From the IMG/VR virus record IMGVR_UViG_3300028832_000112, positions 32,001 through 96,000 of that record: a stretch of DNA of 64,000 bases; one strand, 5' to 3'. The position numbers and the translations under genes were made by a program. This DNA comes from a virus. Taxonomy: Duplodnaviria > Caudoviricetes. Below are positions 1 to 11,768 of this stretch, piece after piece (the first letter of the stretch is position 1; every line of letters starts with the position of its first letter). The notes under the pieces were generated by a model that searched no databases, had not been told where the DNA came from, and saw only the letters and a program-made list of their open reading frames with translations.

Positions 1-6
1 AAGAAC

Positions 7-543
7 TTGCCGCCGATCGACCGTCTTTACAAGCTTCTGTGCCAAGACAATACGGAAAAGGCGGATCGCTATGGACGCATGCTCCGCAAGTTCCGTGAAG
101 TGAACAACATCTGGAACGAAGTGAACATCATCGACGGCCACATGTATGCCGCAACGACTGAAGAACCGTGGAAGCTCAAGCACTACGAACCGGGCATCGA
201 AAGCGACAAGTGGCTCGTGATCGACGAAAAGCGTGGCGGCGAGTGCCTTGCCAAGCTCAATAAGAACAACAAGGACTATGGTGACTATCTTGTCAAGCGA
301 TTCATGAAGCATCCGAAGCTCGGCGATGACGGCCTCGATATCCAGCCGAACCAGCCGTACCGCATGCTTACCTACGTGGGCAAGACCAAGCACGGCAATC
401 GTCCGCTGTTCGTCGTGGTGTACATCGTACATTCATCCGGCGACTTCAAGAAGGACTTGTCCAAGCTTCCGCAAGAATGGGTTCCGCTCTACGTGAACGT
501 GATGAGCATGCCCAACCGCAAGCCACCTGTAGAGGCAAAATAA
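7..543 (+). CDS. hypothetical protein (start uncertain, may extend beyond window)
   Basis: ORF with typical codon usage, abuts ligase start. Confidence 0.7.
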   Translation: MPPIDRLYKLLCQDNTEKADRYGRMLRKFREVNNIWNEVNIIDGHMYAATTEEPWKLKHYEPGIESDKWLVIDEKRGGECLAKLNKNNKDYGDYLVKRFMKHPKLGDDGLDIQPNQPYRMLTYVGKTKHGNRPLFVVVYIVHSSGDFKKDLSKLPQEWVPLYVNVMSMPNRKPPVEAK

Positions 544-2664
<2,121 letters not shown>

Positions 2665-2673
2665 CGGTTCCAG

Positions 2674-2702
2674 TTGACAGAATCGACCTCGCTTGCTATA
2701 TT
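2674..2702 (+). promoter_or_regulatory. sigma70-type early promoter
   Basis: TTGACA-N17-TATATT with extended TG (TGCTATATT). Confidence 0.8.
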
Positions 2703-2721
2703 TGCGAGCGAGGTTTTTCTT

Positions 2722-2976
2722 ATGGAATGGATACTTGTTTTGTACTTTGCGTTTAATACTGGTGGCTATCATCAGGGCGGCGGTGGCGGAATTGCGCTTG
2801 ACCACATCGAGTTCCATACCGAAGAGCAATGCAAATCGGCTGGTGAACAGATTTTGGCAAATTTCAATTCGATAAACGGTTATACCTCGGTCTACAAAGA
2901 TGGAGGCAACAAGACGAACCGCAAGTATCTCTGTATCCACCGAGAAGACCCTAACAAAACAAAGAGGAAGAAATGA
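2722..2976 (+). CDS. small hypothetical protein, hydrophobic N-terminus
   Basis: GAGG SD before ATG 2722. Confidence 0.7.
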   Translation: MEWILVLYFAFNTGGYHQGGGGGIALDHIEFHTEEQCKSAGEQILANFNSINGYTSVYKDGGNKTNRKYLCIHREDPNKTKRKK

Positions 2977-3131
2977 CTAAGAAATCATACGTAAAGCCGA
3001 ATATGGAAATTATGGATATGCCAGTTGAATGCGCCTTGCTCGCTGGTTCTGGCGAAGAAGGCAATCCGTACTGGGAAGGCCCCGGAGAAGTTCCGGAAGG
3101 CTGCCAGTCCAACTGGTGGTGTGGCAAATGA
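2973..3131 (+). CDS. 52-aa RiPP-precursor-like peptide (not in ORF track)
   Basis: MTKKSYVKPNMEIMDMPVECALLAGSGEEGNPYWEGPGEVPEGCQSNWWCGK; GAGGA SD; ATGA overlap with upstream stop; fills the gap. Confidence 0.75.
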   Translation: MTKKSYVKPNMEIMDMPVECALLAGSGEEGNPYWEGPGEVPEGCQSNWWCGK

Positions 3132-3139
3132 GGTAACTG

Positions 3140-4315
3140 ATGACAAATACTGAACAGCTTGTACGAATGAACGGAACCTTGATCATCAAGGTCATTTCCG
3201 GTTCTACTTCATTCGGTCTTAACACGCCTACGTCCGACCAAGACATCCGTGGTGTCTACATCATGCCTTGGGAAGACCGTGTAAGACAAGGTATTACAGA
3301 CCAGTACGCCGACAAGACGAACGACGAAACCTACTGGGAAATTACAAAGTTCTTCAAGGAACTGTCTAGGGCGAATCCGCAAGCCCTCGAAATGCTGTAT
3401 TCTCCGGATCGCTGCATTCTCGAAGGCAAGGAATACCTCTACAAGATCCGTAGGGAGATGGACTTCGTCACTCGCCGTTGCGAGAAGACCTTTGTCGAAT
3501 ACGCGAAGGGACAGATCTCTCGTGCGCGTGGCATGAACAAGAAGGTCTTCAAGCCGAAGCCGGAGGAACCGCCACAGGTTCTCGACTACTGCTACGTTCC
3601 GATGCCGAATGGCGGCGCGGTCAAGGTCAAGGACTGGCTCGCAACCCACAAGGACGACGAATACGGTTCAGACCAGAAATGGTACTCCATTGCGGCCATC
3701 GACCATATCGACAACGGCTTCGCTATTTACGGACAACCTAAGTCCGAGCGTGACGTGCCGGGTCAGACCGAGCACGAATGGCGCTGGGCGTACGGTATCG
3801 TTCGTAACGAGGTCACGAGCGGCGATGTCCAGCTGAACTCCATTCCGAAGGGCAAGCCAGTCCTCGGTTTCATGGTGTTCAACCGCAATGCCTACTCCAA
3901 GGAGTTCAAGGAACGCGCCGAGTACAAGGAATGGGTCGCGAAGCGCAACCCGGAAAGGTACAACACGACCATCGAGCATGGCCAAGGCTATGACGCCAAG
4001 AACATGATGCACTGCGTCCGCTTGCTGTTCACGGCTCGCGACATCGCAATGATGCACAAGGTCGTCGTCGACCGTTCTAACGAACGCGACTTCTTGCTCA
4101 ATATCAAGCAAGGCGGCTGGAAGTATGACGATATCTTGGAGTATTCCGAGAATCTGGTGAAAGAAGTCACACGTCTGTTTGCGACCTCCGACTTGTGCGA
4201 GGACGACTATTCGACTCTTGAGGTCGACAACTACGTTATCGATTTTATCAAGTATGTCGAGAAGATGGAATCTAATCCTCTAGTTCGGTTCGTTCGACGA
4301 TTGCTGAAACGCTAG
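3140..4315 (+). CDS. DNA pol-beta superfamily nucleotidyltransferase (RlaP/YcgL-like, RNA repair)
   Basis: GSTSFGLNTPTSDQDIRGVY, NPQALEML, YDAKNMMHCVRLL motifs. Confidence 0.85.
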   Translation: MTNTEQLVRMNGTLIIKVISGSTSFGLNTPTSDQDIRGVYIMPWEDRVRQGITDQYADKTNDETYWEITKFFKELSRANPQALEMLYSPDRCILEGKEYLYKIRREMDFVTRRCEKTFVEYAKGQISRARGMNKKVFKPKPEEPPQVLDYCYVPMPNGGAVKVKDWLATHKDDEYGSDQKWYSIAAIDHIDNGFAIYGQPKSERDVPGQTEHEWRWAYGIVRNEVTSGDVQLNSIPKGKPVLGFMVFNRNAYSKEFKERAEYKEWVAKRNPERYNTTIEHGQGYDAKNMMHCVRLLFTARDIAMMHKVVVDRSNERDFLLNIKQGGWKYDDILEYSENLVKEVTRLFATSDLCEDDYSTLEVDNYVIDFIKYVEKMESNPLVRFVRRLLKR

Positions 4316-4338
4316 CTACCATGAACCAAGTTGATCCG

Positions 4339-4367
4339 TTGACGGCAGTCGACGGATTTGCTATATT
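4339..4367 (+). promoter_or_regulatory. early promoter overlapping a hairpin; leaderless start at 4374
   Basis: TTGACG-N17-TATATT, ATG 6 nt downstream. Confidence 0.75.
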
Positions 4368-4373
4368 GGTGGC

Positions 4374-4580
4374 ATGTCTGAAGAAAAGAAGAAACAAGTA
4401 AGAAAGGTTTCCGTAGATATTCTGAACAACGGAAACATCGTCGGTGAAGAGGTGTACAAAGTGGTTGTCGCCCCAGATTCTACCGTAGACAAGGAAATTG
4501 CTTGGCGTCTTGCACACTTGAAGGACGAACAAGGCATGTCATGGAAAATCGACTCCGACGATTTGATTAGGGAGGTCTAA
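4374..4580 (+). CDS. hypothetical protein
   Basis: ORF directly after promoter. Confidence 0.7.
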   Translation: MSEEKKKQVRKVSVDILNNGNIVGEEVYKVVVAPDSTVDKEIAWRLAHLKDEQGMSWKIDSDDLIREV

Positions 4581-5276
4581 ATGATCAACAATTACGAAGC
4601 CATCAAGAACTTGATGCATTTTGAAATGGAAGGTGACGTTTACTTCGTCCAAGTCATGCAGCGTGGCAAGGACAAGGGGAACAACAGAGACCGCATCATT
4701 CGTGACTACCATATCCACTCGTTCGTCCAGTTCGAAAAGGATTTCAAGGATATGGTCGAGATGTGCGAGAAGTACAATGCTCGTGCGATGATTCGATTGA
4801 ACCAGCGCAGCACCCTTGACGCCAACATCCAGACACAGATTGAATGCTTGAGACAGCAGCTCGAAGCGAACCGCGTCATGCGCAAGATGATCCGCACTGG
4901 CAACACCAATGCCGGATTCCCTACACTGTTGTCTGCACAGAAGTTCTACAGCAGCGCACTCGGCACGATCTGCACCGAAGCGTCCGAAACGAAGAAGTGG
5001 ATTGTCGATATCGACCCAGCCATGGTCAATGAACTCGATCCGTGCTTCCACGACGTCGAGGCTATCGCCGACTTGTTCGAAAAGTTCATCGTCGGCGAGT
5101 GCGGCATGCGTGACAATGTTCCCAAGATTTACTGCCGTCTTCCGTCCAAGCACGGTATCCACTTGGTCACGTCCACGTTCCGCAAGGACGTGTTCAACAA
5201 CCGATTCGGAAAACCGGGCAACCAAGACCAGTACATCATGACAGACGCTAACACTAACCTCTACATTCCGGACTAA
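4581..5276 (+). CDS. AEP (primase-polymerase) fold-like protein
   Basis: WIVDID (hhhDhD) and PSKHGIHLV (SxxGxH) motifs; GGAGG SD. Confidence 0.5.
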   Translation: MINNYEAIKNLMHFEMEGDVYFVQVMQRGKDKGNNRDRIIRDYHIHSFVQFEKDFKDMVEMCEKYNARAMIRLNQRSTLDANIQTQIECLRQQLEANRVMRKMIRTGNTNAGFPTLLSAQKFYSSALGTICTEASETKKWIVDIDPAMVNELDPCFHDVEAIADLFEKFIVGECGMRDNVPKIYCRLPSKHGIHLVTSTFRKDVFNNRFGKPGNQDQYIMTDANTNLYIPD

Positions 5277-5278
5277 TT

Positions 5279-5548
5279 ATGTACAGAACGATCACTCCAG
5301 GCAGCGTATGGCGTCACTTCAAGGGTACTACGGCCAAGGTAATCACCGTGGCCAAGCACTCCGAGACTGGCGAGGAACTTGTTATCTATCAGTGCTCCGG
5401 CAACGCGGGCAAGACTAACCATACGGACGGCACGTACGCTCGTCCGAAGGATATGTTCTTGTCCGAAGTCGACCACGAGAAGTATCCGGATGTCAAGCAG
5501 AAGTACCGACTTGAGAAGGTTGAAGATGAAACTCTCGACATTAAGTAA
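5279..5548 (+). CDS. DUF1653 family protein
   Basis: WRHFKG...[14 protein letters not shown]...[13 protein letters not shown]. Confidence 0.9.
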   Translation: MYRTITPGSVWRHFKGTTAKVITVAKHSETGEELVIYQCSGNAGKTNHTDGTYARPKDMFLSEVDHEKYPDVKQKYRLEKVEDETLDIK

Positions 5549-5717
5549 GATTTGCGCGTTCGAGCAGCTTTTGCTGCTCCTTATCAAGGAAGCCGAGAAG
5601 AAGGCGACCAGCAAGTGGAAGTCCTTCGTGAGGGGCGTGAAGACGGTTATCTACACGTTCATGGTTATCCGAATCTTGGTTGCAATTTATCTCAAGGTGA
5701 AGAACAAAGATGCCTAA
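5526..5717 (+). CDS. small membrane protein
   Basis: hydrophobic C-terminal segment; overlaps both neighbours. Confidence 0.55.
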   Translation: MKLSTLSKICAFEQLLLLLIKEAEKKATSKWKSFVRGVKTVIYTFMVIRILVAIYLKVKNKDA

Positions 5718-7440
5718 GAAGCCCATCGAAGACGCAGCTGATACAGTGGTGAAAGAAGTGTCGCCGGAAGTTGCCGAAGAGGGCAACAAGAAGTCCGACG
5801 CCGATGCAATCCGCAAGGTGAAGGACGAAATTTCCAAGCTTCCGTCCATCTGGATTGCGCATCCGACGCTGAAAGAATTTTTCACCGAAATGTTCGCGCT
5901 GGATAATTTGAAAGATCGCGTGAAGCAGTATGGTATCAAGACGCTTGTCGATAATACGGTCATTCCGCGTGTTGCTCGCGAGTACATATACACGACCGAT
6001 ACGGTATTGTCCTTGCTTGCACCCAATACGGTATTCACCAAGGCGTCCAACATGATCCGCAACCTAGCGCTGATGGATTCGCTAGTCGATGACATCACTG
6101 GCAAAATTGAACGCAGCAGCGAACTGGATTGCTACAATACCATCGCGGCTGTGCTGAAGAATGTCAAGGACTGCCCGATCCGACTGAGTGAATATTACAT
6201 CGACTACTTCCATGAAGTTCCTATGGGCGGCATGTTCTTGGTGTCTATGGCAGCATATCCGGTAGGGTCTGTAGTCGAGCTTCGTTCTCGCATGTTCAAG
6301 CGCAATAAGGGTGAAACGGATACAATTCATTGCAAGCTGCTTTACCGTACGGCGATTATCGAGGAAGACAAGTATGGCTATATTATCCATGGAACTGCTT
6401 CACAATTCGCCGTTATCGTCGAAATCCAAGAATACAACATGTTGGTGTTCTTGTATTTGAATACCAGCAACGACCGCTATGACTTGTCTATCCGTCGTCT
6501 TTTCCCCGGCGCATTGCCGATCTATGGTCTGTATCGTAAGAAAGAAGACTTTTTGGGCAACAACATGAGCTGGTGTCGCGCCTTGCCGTTCTCCATGGTC
6601 GATTTCACACAGTACGTCTGCCATATTGGCCATGGCGGTATCGGTGTGTACAAACGAGAAGAACTCGAATACAAGACCCGTCATGAGGTATTCGACAAGA
6701 AGACTGAACAGCTTGTACAGCGAATCGTGAACGCCGACAAGATGGGCTGTTCTCGTTCGTATGCGCTCGTCGGAATTCCCGGTACTGGCAAGTCCTTCAT
6801 CATGAACAAGATTGTCAAGGACAACAAGGACGCTGCCGTGATTATCCCTTGCTTGCCTGACGACGGCTTGAACTGGGATTACCGTCAATATCTGCAGAAC
6901 GCCATAACGGCAATTTCGAACTCGCACATCTACATCATGCTTGACGACTTCGACAAGTGCATGTCCGATGACGAGAAGAGCGGCAAGTCGAGCCAAGAGC
7001 TTATCTTCTTCTTCGACTTCCTCCACACGGAATGCCCCGGCGGCGTTGATGCGGACGGCAATCCGAGGAAGACGTTTACCTTGGTCGCAACGATGAACAA
7101 CCCGAAGACGCTGGCCAATGCCATCATCAAGCGTTCTGAACGATTCGACGAAGTCATCGAGATCGGTCTTCCGCAGTCGTTCATTTACGGAAAGCGTCTG
7201 AACATAATCAAGGACGAGGGCGACCGTACGAACTTCGACTCGATCAAGTTCCGCCCGGTCTACTGGTACATGCGCCGCAAGGTCATCACGCTTGCCGATA
7301 TCGGAAACATCTACGCCATCATGAAGACGCACCGCAACAAGGAATGCATCAACTGCACCTATGGCGTACGCGACTTGATGTACGCGATCCGTTTTATCCA
7401 GAAGAACCGCAAGTCCGCTTCGAAGGAGTATGCTATATGA
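5710..7440 (+). CDS. AAA+ ATPase
   Basis: Walker A GIPGTGKS, Walker B IMLDDFD, sensor TMN, R-finger RSERFD. Confidence 0.88.
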   Translation: MPKKPIEDAADTVVKEVSPEVAEEGNKKSDADAIRKVKDEISKLPSIWIAHPTLKEFFTEMFALDNLKDRVKQYGIKTLVDNTVIPRVAREYIYTTDTVLSLLAPNTVFTKASNMIRNLALMDSLVDDITGKIERSSELDCYNTIAAVLKNVKDCPIRLSEYYIDYFHEVPMGGMFLVSMAAYPVGSVVELRSRMFKRNKGETDTIHCKLLYRTAIIEEDKYGYIIHGTASQFAVIVEIQEYNMLVFLYLNTSNDRYDLSIRRLFPGALPIYGLYRKKEDFLGNNMSWCRALPFSMVDFTQYVCHIGHGGIGVYKREELEYKTRHEVFDKKTEQLVQRIVNADKMGCSRSYALVGIPGTGKSFIMNKIVKDNKDAAVIIPCLPDDGLNWDYRQYLQNAITAISNSHIYIMLDDFDKCMSDDEKSGKSSQELIFFFDFLHTECPGGVDADGNPRKTFTLVATMNNPKTLANAIIKRSERFDEVIEIGLPQSFIYGKRLNIIKDEGDRTNFDSIKFRPVYWYMRRKVITLADIGNIYAIMKTHRNKECINCTYGVRDLMYAIRFIQKNRKSASKEYAI

Positions 7441-7904
7441 TGATGTTTTCTTCATGCTGCGACAAGTGCGCCACTTGCGCGTTGGGTGCTGGCCATGGTT
7501 GCTTGGCTGGCCACGGCGACGACGACTACGTACCAGCCACAAAGCAAGAGGTTATCGACCGTCTTGACGCTGGCGATTATTGCAACGACCGTCAAGCGAT
7601 GATCGATTACTTGCAGAAGCGTTATAAATACGTGTACAGACTTCCTTGTGGCGACGCTGTCAAGTATCGGAATGCGGTGATCTCGTTGCTCAAGGCCCAG
7701 TACCAGTATGAAATAAGCAGTCCGTTCGCTCTGGTCGGTTATTTCTTGGAAAATCCGACATACTTCTATTCCAAGGCATTCATGCAGCAGCACTGGCCTG
7801 ATTACAGGTCGAGACCGTTTACTGAAGCCGAACGACGCTACAATGGACTGTCTCGTGCCGATCGTCGCTATGTATTTGAACAAGTTTGGGGAAAGAACAG
7901 ATAA
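7437..7904 (+). CDS. hypothetical protein, Cys-rich N-terminus
   Basis: AGGAG SD, ATGA overlap. Confidence 0.7.
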   Translation: MMMFSSCCDKCATCALGAGHGCLAGHGDDDYVPATKQEVIDRLDAGDYCNDRQAMIDYLQKRYKYVYRLPCGDAVKYRNAVISLLKAQYQYEISSPFALVGYFLENPTYFYSKAFMQQHWPDYRSRPFTEAERRYNGLSRADRRYVFEQVWGKNR

Positions 7905-7937
7905 ACTCTATATATCACCAATAAAAAGGATTGATAT

Positions 7938-8141
7938 ATGGAAGATCAGAAGGTCTGCAACATTCTCACGAAGGTTCGTGGCATGAGCGTCAACGGACAG
8001 TCCCCAGTGGACTACATCGACGGCGTTCTCGACACGATCCCCAGCCATCACAACTTTACGCCGGAAGCTGCAGCTTGCCCTCGCAAGACGCCGATTCTGG
8101 GAGCCGATTACGGCCCTACCGACGCGAAGCCGTGCTTCTAA
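7938..8141 (+). CDS. small hypothetical protein
   Basis: AAGGA SD, ATAAACT upstream, terminator downstream. Confidence 0.7.
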   Translation: MEDQKVCNILTKVRGMSVNGQSPVDYIDGVLDTIPSHHNFTPEAAACPRKTPILGADYGPTDAKPCF

Positions 8142-8145
8142 TGAC

Positions 8146-8170
8146 AAGCCCCTCAACCGAGGGGCTTTTA
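8146..8170 (+). terminator. intrinsic terminator
   Basis: AAGCCCCTC-aacc-GAGGGGCTTTT. Confidence 0.8.
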
Positions 8171-8186
8171 ATATAATTTCATTTGC

Positions 8187-8732
8187 ATGAATACAAATGT
8201 AGATTTTAACTTGTGGTTTAGCGATGAAAACTCCGAAGGCGCTCGTCGCAAGACCGTCCTAGATGAAGAACCAGCACCAAGGCTGCCGAGCATTCCGATG
8301 CATCCAAATAGCATCCTTGTTAGCAATAGGTTCACCGTGAAGTTCATCCCAGAAAAAACTTCGGCGTGGTCGATTGACAACCTTGGTAACTACATCAAGG
8401 ATATCGACTTCAAACCGAAGGAGATTCTGTTTTCGTTCTATAACACGAAGGACTTTCAGTTCTACCGAGAGGCGAATAAGTTTGGCTGTACTGGCATAAT
8501 TGTAGTTGACATCACGTCCTATGACGGCGTCACTCCAGTAGAAACGACTCGCTACCGTGTCCGTATATCCGAACCGCCTTGGCGTTCAACTTTGTCTGCA
8601 TCTGACGAGGAATCGTTCTCGCTCACTTATGTCAAGGGAACCATTATGGCCGTCGGAGAACCGGACGAAGTCGAATGGCATGACCATACCGATATATCGG
8701 TCGGTGCCGAACGGTTCGATTCTGCATGGTAA
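8187..8732 (+). CDS. hypothetical protein (weak resemblance to tail-tube gp19 fold)
   Basis: TATAAT just upstream; NRFTVKF motif. Confidence 0.6.
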   Translation: MNTNVDFNLWFSDENSEGARRKTVLDEEPAPRLPSIPMHPNSILVSNRFTVKFIPEKTSAWSIDNLGNYIKDIDFKPKEILFSFYNTKDFQFYREANKFGCTGIIVVDITSYDGVTPVETTRYRVRISEPPWRSTLSASDEESFSLTYVKGTIMAVGEPDEVEWHDHTDISVGAERFDSAW

Positions 8733-9299
8733 TCAGCGAGCCCTCAAGGCTTTCCAGTCACTTCTAGCCCTTTCCAAGGCCGAGTCGAATTCAGACTTGG
8801 CCTTTTCCATATAGGCGGCGATGTGCTTCGATAGAAGCGCCTTGGCAACTGTCTCGTAGTCTTCGGTGTAGTAGACGTTGCATCCGTCGTCGCAGAAGCC
8901 GTAGTCGTCCACTTGGCGCAAGGACACCTCGTCCACGTCCTCCGGCATGTCGTGGGTTATTCCGTTAACCAGATCCCAGTGTAGGCAGAGTATCGTGTTG
9001 CTGGGCGTAGTGTCGAAGTCGACCGAGTGCTCGTTGCCCTGCATGTCCTCGAAAATGACGCACTTTCCACGGTTCGTGTTCGTGACGAGCTTGACTATCA
9101 TCGAATCCGGGTGCTTTTCGGAATGCTGCCCAGCGGTAGCGTCCTCGTGGTAGATCAAGTTGTGGTGGATAGGGCACAACGGAATAGTCACCTTCTTGCC
9201 GAGGCGGTTTCCGGCCTCTCTGAGGTGGATATGGTGGTATTCTATAAGCGAACGCTTGTCTGTTTCGTAATTACAGCCTGGAAAGCAGCACTTGTACAT
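8733..9299 (-). CDS. HNH endonuclease-like protein
   Basis: CCFPGC...EYHHIH...PLCPIHHNLIYH. Confidence 0.75.
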   Translation of the reverse strand: MYKCCFPGCNYETDKRSLIEYHHIHLREAGNRLGKKVTIPLCPIHHNLIYHEDATAGQHSEKHPDSMIVKLVTNTNRGKCVIFEDMQGNEHSVDFDTTPSNTILCLHWDLVNGITHDMPEDVDEVSLRQVDDYGFCDDGCNVYYTEDYETVAKALLSKHIAAYMEKAKSEFDSALERARSDWKALRAR

Positions 9300-9309
9300 G
9301 GCACCAAAC

Positions 9310-9338
9310 TTGATTGTTTGAACGAAATATACTATATT
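9310..9338 (+). promoter_or_regulatory. early promoter; leaderless start at 9346
   Basis: TTGATT-N17-TATATT, ATG 7 nt downstream. Confidence 0.7.
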
Positions 9339-9345
9339 TCAAGTC

Positions 9346-10575
9346 ATGATTCAAATTCCGCACATGTCGCGCTTTTACGAGGCGGCCAATGCTGGTCGTC
9401 TCATGTCAGATACCAGTGACGACGGTCGCTTGGTATGCTTCAAGTACACCGAGGCAACTGCCGCCAATGCGGACTGGGACGAAGTCACGCTCAATGCGCG
9501 TGGCATCGTGTTCGAGACGGCGACTGGTAAGGTGGTCGCCCGTCCGTGGCACAAGTTCTTCAACTACCATGAGCTGTTCGGCGAACACGAACTGGCCAAG
9601 AAGACTCTGGAAGCGGTCAAGAAGGCTGGCCTTCCCCTTGGCATGGACGGAATTCCGCTGATGTTCGACAAGATCGACGGCTCGCTCGGCATCGTATTCT
9701 GGTATGGCGGCAAGTGGAACGTGACCACTGGCTGCAGCTTCCATTCTCCGCAAGTCCTCTGGGGCCGCATGTGGCTCAACGACCACATGAGGAAGCTCAA
9801 GTGTCCAATCGCCGACGACGCCTACAACAAGGTCATCAAGTCGCAGACGCACTTGTTCGAAATCGTCTGGCACCTTGACAAGCATCCTATTCGTTATCCG
9901 AAGGACGAAATGGTGTACTTGGGCGCGATCGAGACCAGCACTGGCGAAGAACTTCGCTCGGTATCCATTCGCAGCGCGTTCGCGGCAATGTTCGGCACCC
10001 ACATGCCGGAAAAGTTCGATTTCTCGTCCATTGAGAAGGTCGCGGAAATCTGCAAGACGCTTCCGGCTGACCACGAAGGCTTCGTCATCACGTGGCCTAG
10101 CGGATTCAAGCTGAAGATGAAGGGCGACGCATACTTGATGATGATGGGCTACTACGACAAGTGTACCGACAAGTATTTCTGGCGAGCCTACGACCCTAAT
10201 CTCAACATCTTCCATGCGAACCTCGACGCCGAACATAACTACGCCTATATCGACGACGAACCGCTGGTCATTCCAGAGGAACTGTTCGATATCCGTAACC
10301 GCATGGAGCTGTACGTGACTCGTTTCAGCGAGGCGCTGGACTACGTCATTTCCACTGGCGACTTCATCAAGATGACGCAGCATACGATGAAGGAACGCGC
10401 CTTGTACATCCAAGAGCATTTTGGCGAGGCGCAGCAAGCTCCGTTGCTCTCCTATGTTCGCGGAGACCGCATGGAGAATGTCAAGCGCATCGTCAACAAG
10501 ACGATGATGCGTCCGGAAAAGGGCGCGTCCGACAAGAATCCTTACATCGGCTATCACGAGGACAAAGATGACTGA
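9346..10575 (+). CDS. T4 RnlA/Rnl1-family RNA ligase
   Basis: ARGIVF, KFFNY, DKIDGSLG (KxDGS), LFEIV, EGFVI, KLKMK. Confidence 0.9.
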   Translation: MIQIPHMSRFYEAANAGRLMSDTSDDGRLVCFKYTEATAANADWDEVTLNARGIVFETATGKVVARPWHKFFNYHELFGEHELAKKTLEAVKKAGLPLGMDGIPLMFDKIDGSLGIVFWYGGKWNVTTGCSFHSPQVLWGRMWLNDHMRKLKCPIADDAYNKVIKSQTHLFEIVWHLDKHPIRYPKDEMVYLGAIETSTGEELRSVSIRSAFAAMFGTHMPEKFDFSSIEKVAEICKTLPADHEGFVITWPSGFKLKMKGDAYLMMMGYYDKCTDKYFWRAYDPNLNIFHANLDAEHNYAYIDDEPLVIPEELFDIRNRMELYVTRFSEALDYVISTGDFIKMTQHTMKERALYIQEHFGEAQQAPLLSYVRGDRMENVKRIVNKTMMRPEKGASDKNPYIGYHEDKDD

Positions 10576-11041
10576 AGAAAAATTCATTTCCATTCTGCCG
10601 CTGTTCCGTGGAACGACTAAGCAAGCGAAGGCGGCGTTGGCGGCATACCCAGAAATCCAGCGCATCGACATCGGTGTAATCCGTAAGATCCTGGGATACA
10701 GCGGTACGCCTACGAAGGTACACGCCACGCCAGAACTTCTTGACAAAATGGTGGACAGATATCGCAACGGCGAGGGTACTTTGCGCGGTCTCGCCAAGGA
10801 GTACCGGGTTGCGCCCAAAACGTTCCAGCGAGCCTTGCATAAGGCTGGTTTCGACACGTCTAGGCAAGATACTTGGACGACCATCAAGGAAAAGCGTCTG
10901 CTGAACTACATTTCGCAAGGAATGACCTATACCGAGATAGCAAAGCTGTTCAACATCAGCGTATCCGCTGTCTCCCAAAAGGCTCACCGACTCGGTGTAC
11001 CCAATGTCAAACCGGGCCACCCAAACCCAAATCGCCATTAA
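10568..11041 (+). CDS. helix-turn-helix DNA-binding protein
   Basis: GMTYTEIAKLFNISVSAVSQKAHRLG. Confidence 0.75.
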   Translation: MTEEKFISILPLFRGTTKQAKAALAAYPEIQRIDIGVIRKILGYSGTPTKVHATPELLDKMVDRYRNGEGTLRGLAKEYRVAPKTFQRALHKAGFDTSRQDTWTTIKEKRLLNYISQGMTYTEIAKLFNISVSAVSQKAHRLGVPNVKPGHPNPNRH

Positions 11042-11052
11042 TGAGGTAAAAA

Positions 11053-11373
11053 ATGAACGAAGAAATTAGCATCTGCAATCCGAAACTCACCGAGTTCGAT
11101 ATCTGGAATGCCCAGCCGAGAAAGGTTGTGTGTACAACTACCGACAAATCTCCGATGAGCGCTGGGGATGAACCGACGAGTCTTGTTGCTGGTAACGAAT
11201 ACGAAGTCGAGCGTGTACAAGTGGAAAGCTGGTATACGCTCGTAAAGCTTGCTGGCGTGGACGGCTGGTACAACTCCGTGCTGTTCTCGGAACTCGATGG
11301 ATATGAACCAGTGAAAGACAGTCCGAGCAAGCGAGCTTGGCTTGGAACGCCGCAGCCGGGAGACTGGGATTAG
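11053..11373 (+). CDS. hypothetical protein
   Basis: GAGG SD, operon context. Confidence 0.7.
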   Translation: MNEEISICNPKLTEFDIWNAQPRKVVCTTTDKSPMSAGDEPTSLVAGNEYEVERVQVESWYTLVKLAGVDGWYNSVLFSELDGYEPVKDSPSKRAWLGTPQPGDWD

Positions 11374-11375
11374 TC

Positions 11376-11768
11376 ATGTGGGGTTTGCGCCTAGAATGCT
11401 GCAAGAAGTGCGGCTGTACGTTCCAGCTTCGTCAAGGCCAGTATGAAGGTTATGGCGGCTGGTATGATGAGGACGGCCTCTGCTATTGGTGCAAGCGCGA
11501 GAAAACCGTCGGCAAGGAGCAGACCGATGATGAGTTCGATGAATATTGCAAGTGCAACGACTTGGTCGGAGAAACTATAGAAGGAATGCATCATTGGTGG
11601 TGGTGGGTTCTCGTGATTATGGGTGCCGCTATATGGTGCGGTATGATCTCGACGCTATGCACTGGATGTCAAGAAATCCGCAAGGCTCAAGTAGAAAAAC
11701 TCCGGTGCGAGTCTCCAGCACCATCATGGGCTAAACCGACTGGATGTAATACAAAGGAAGCAAAATGA
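11376..11768 (+). CDS. hypothetical protein with CxxC pairs and one TM helix
   Basis: CKKCGC/CYWC; WWWWVLVIMGAAIW. Confidence 0.65.
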   Translation: MWGLRLECCKKCGCTFQLRQGQYEGYGGWYDEDGLCYWCKREKTVGKEQTDDEFDEYCKCNDLVGETIEGMHHWWWWVLVIMGAAIWCGMISTLCTGCQEIRKAQVEKLRCESPAPSWAKPTGCNTKEAK

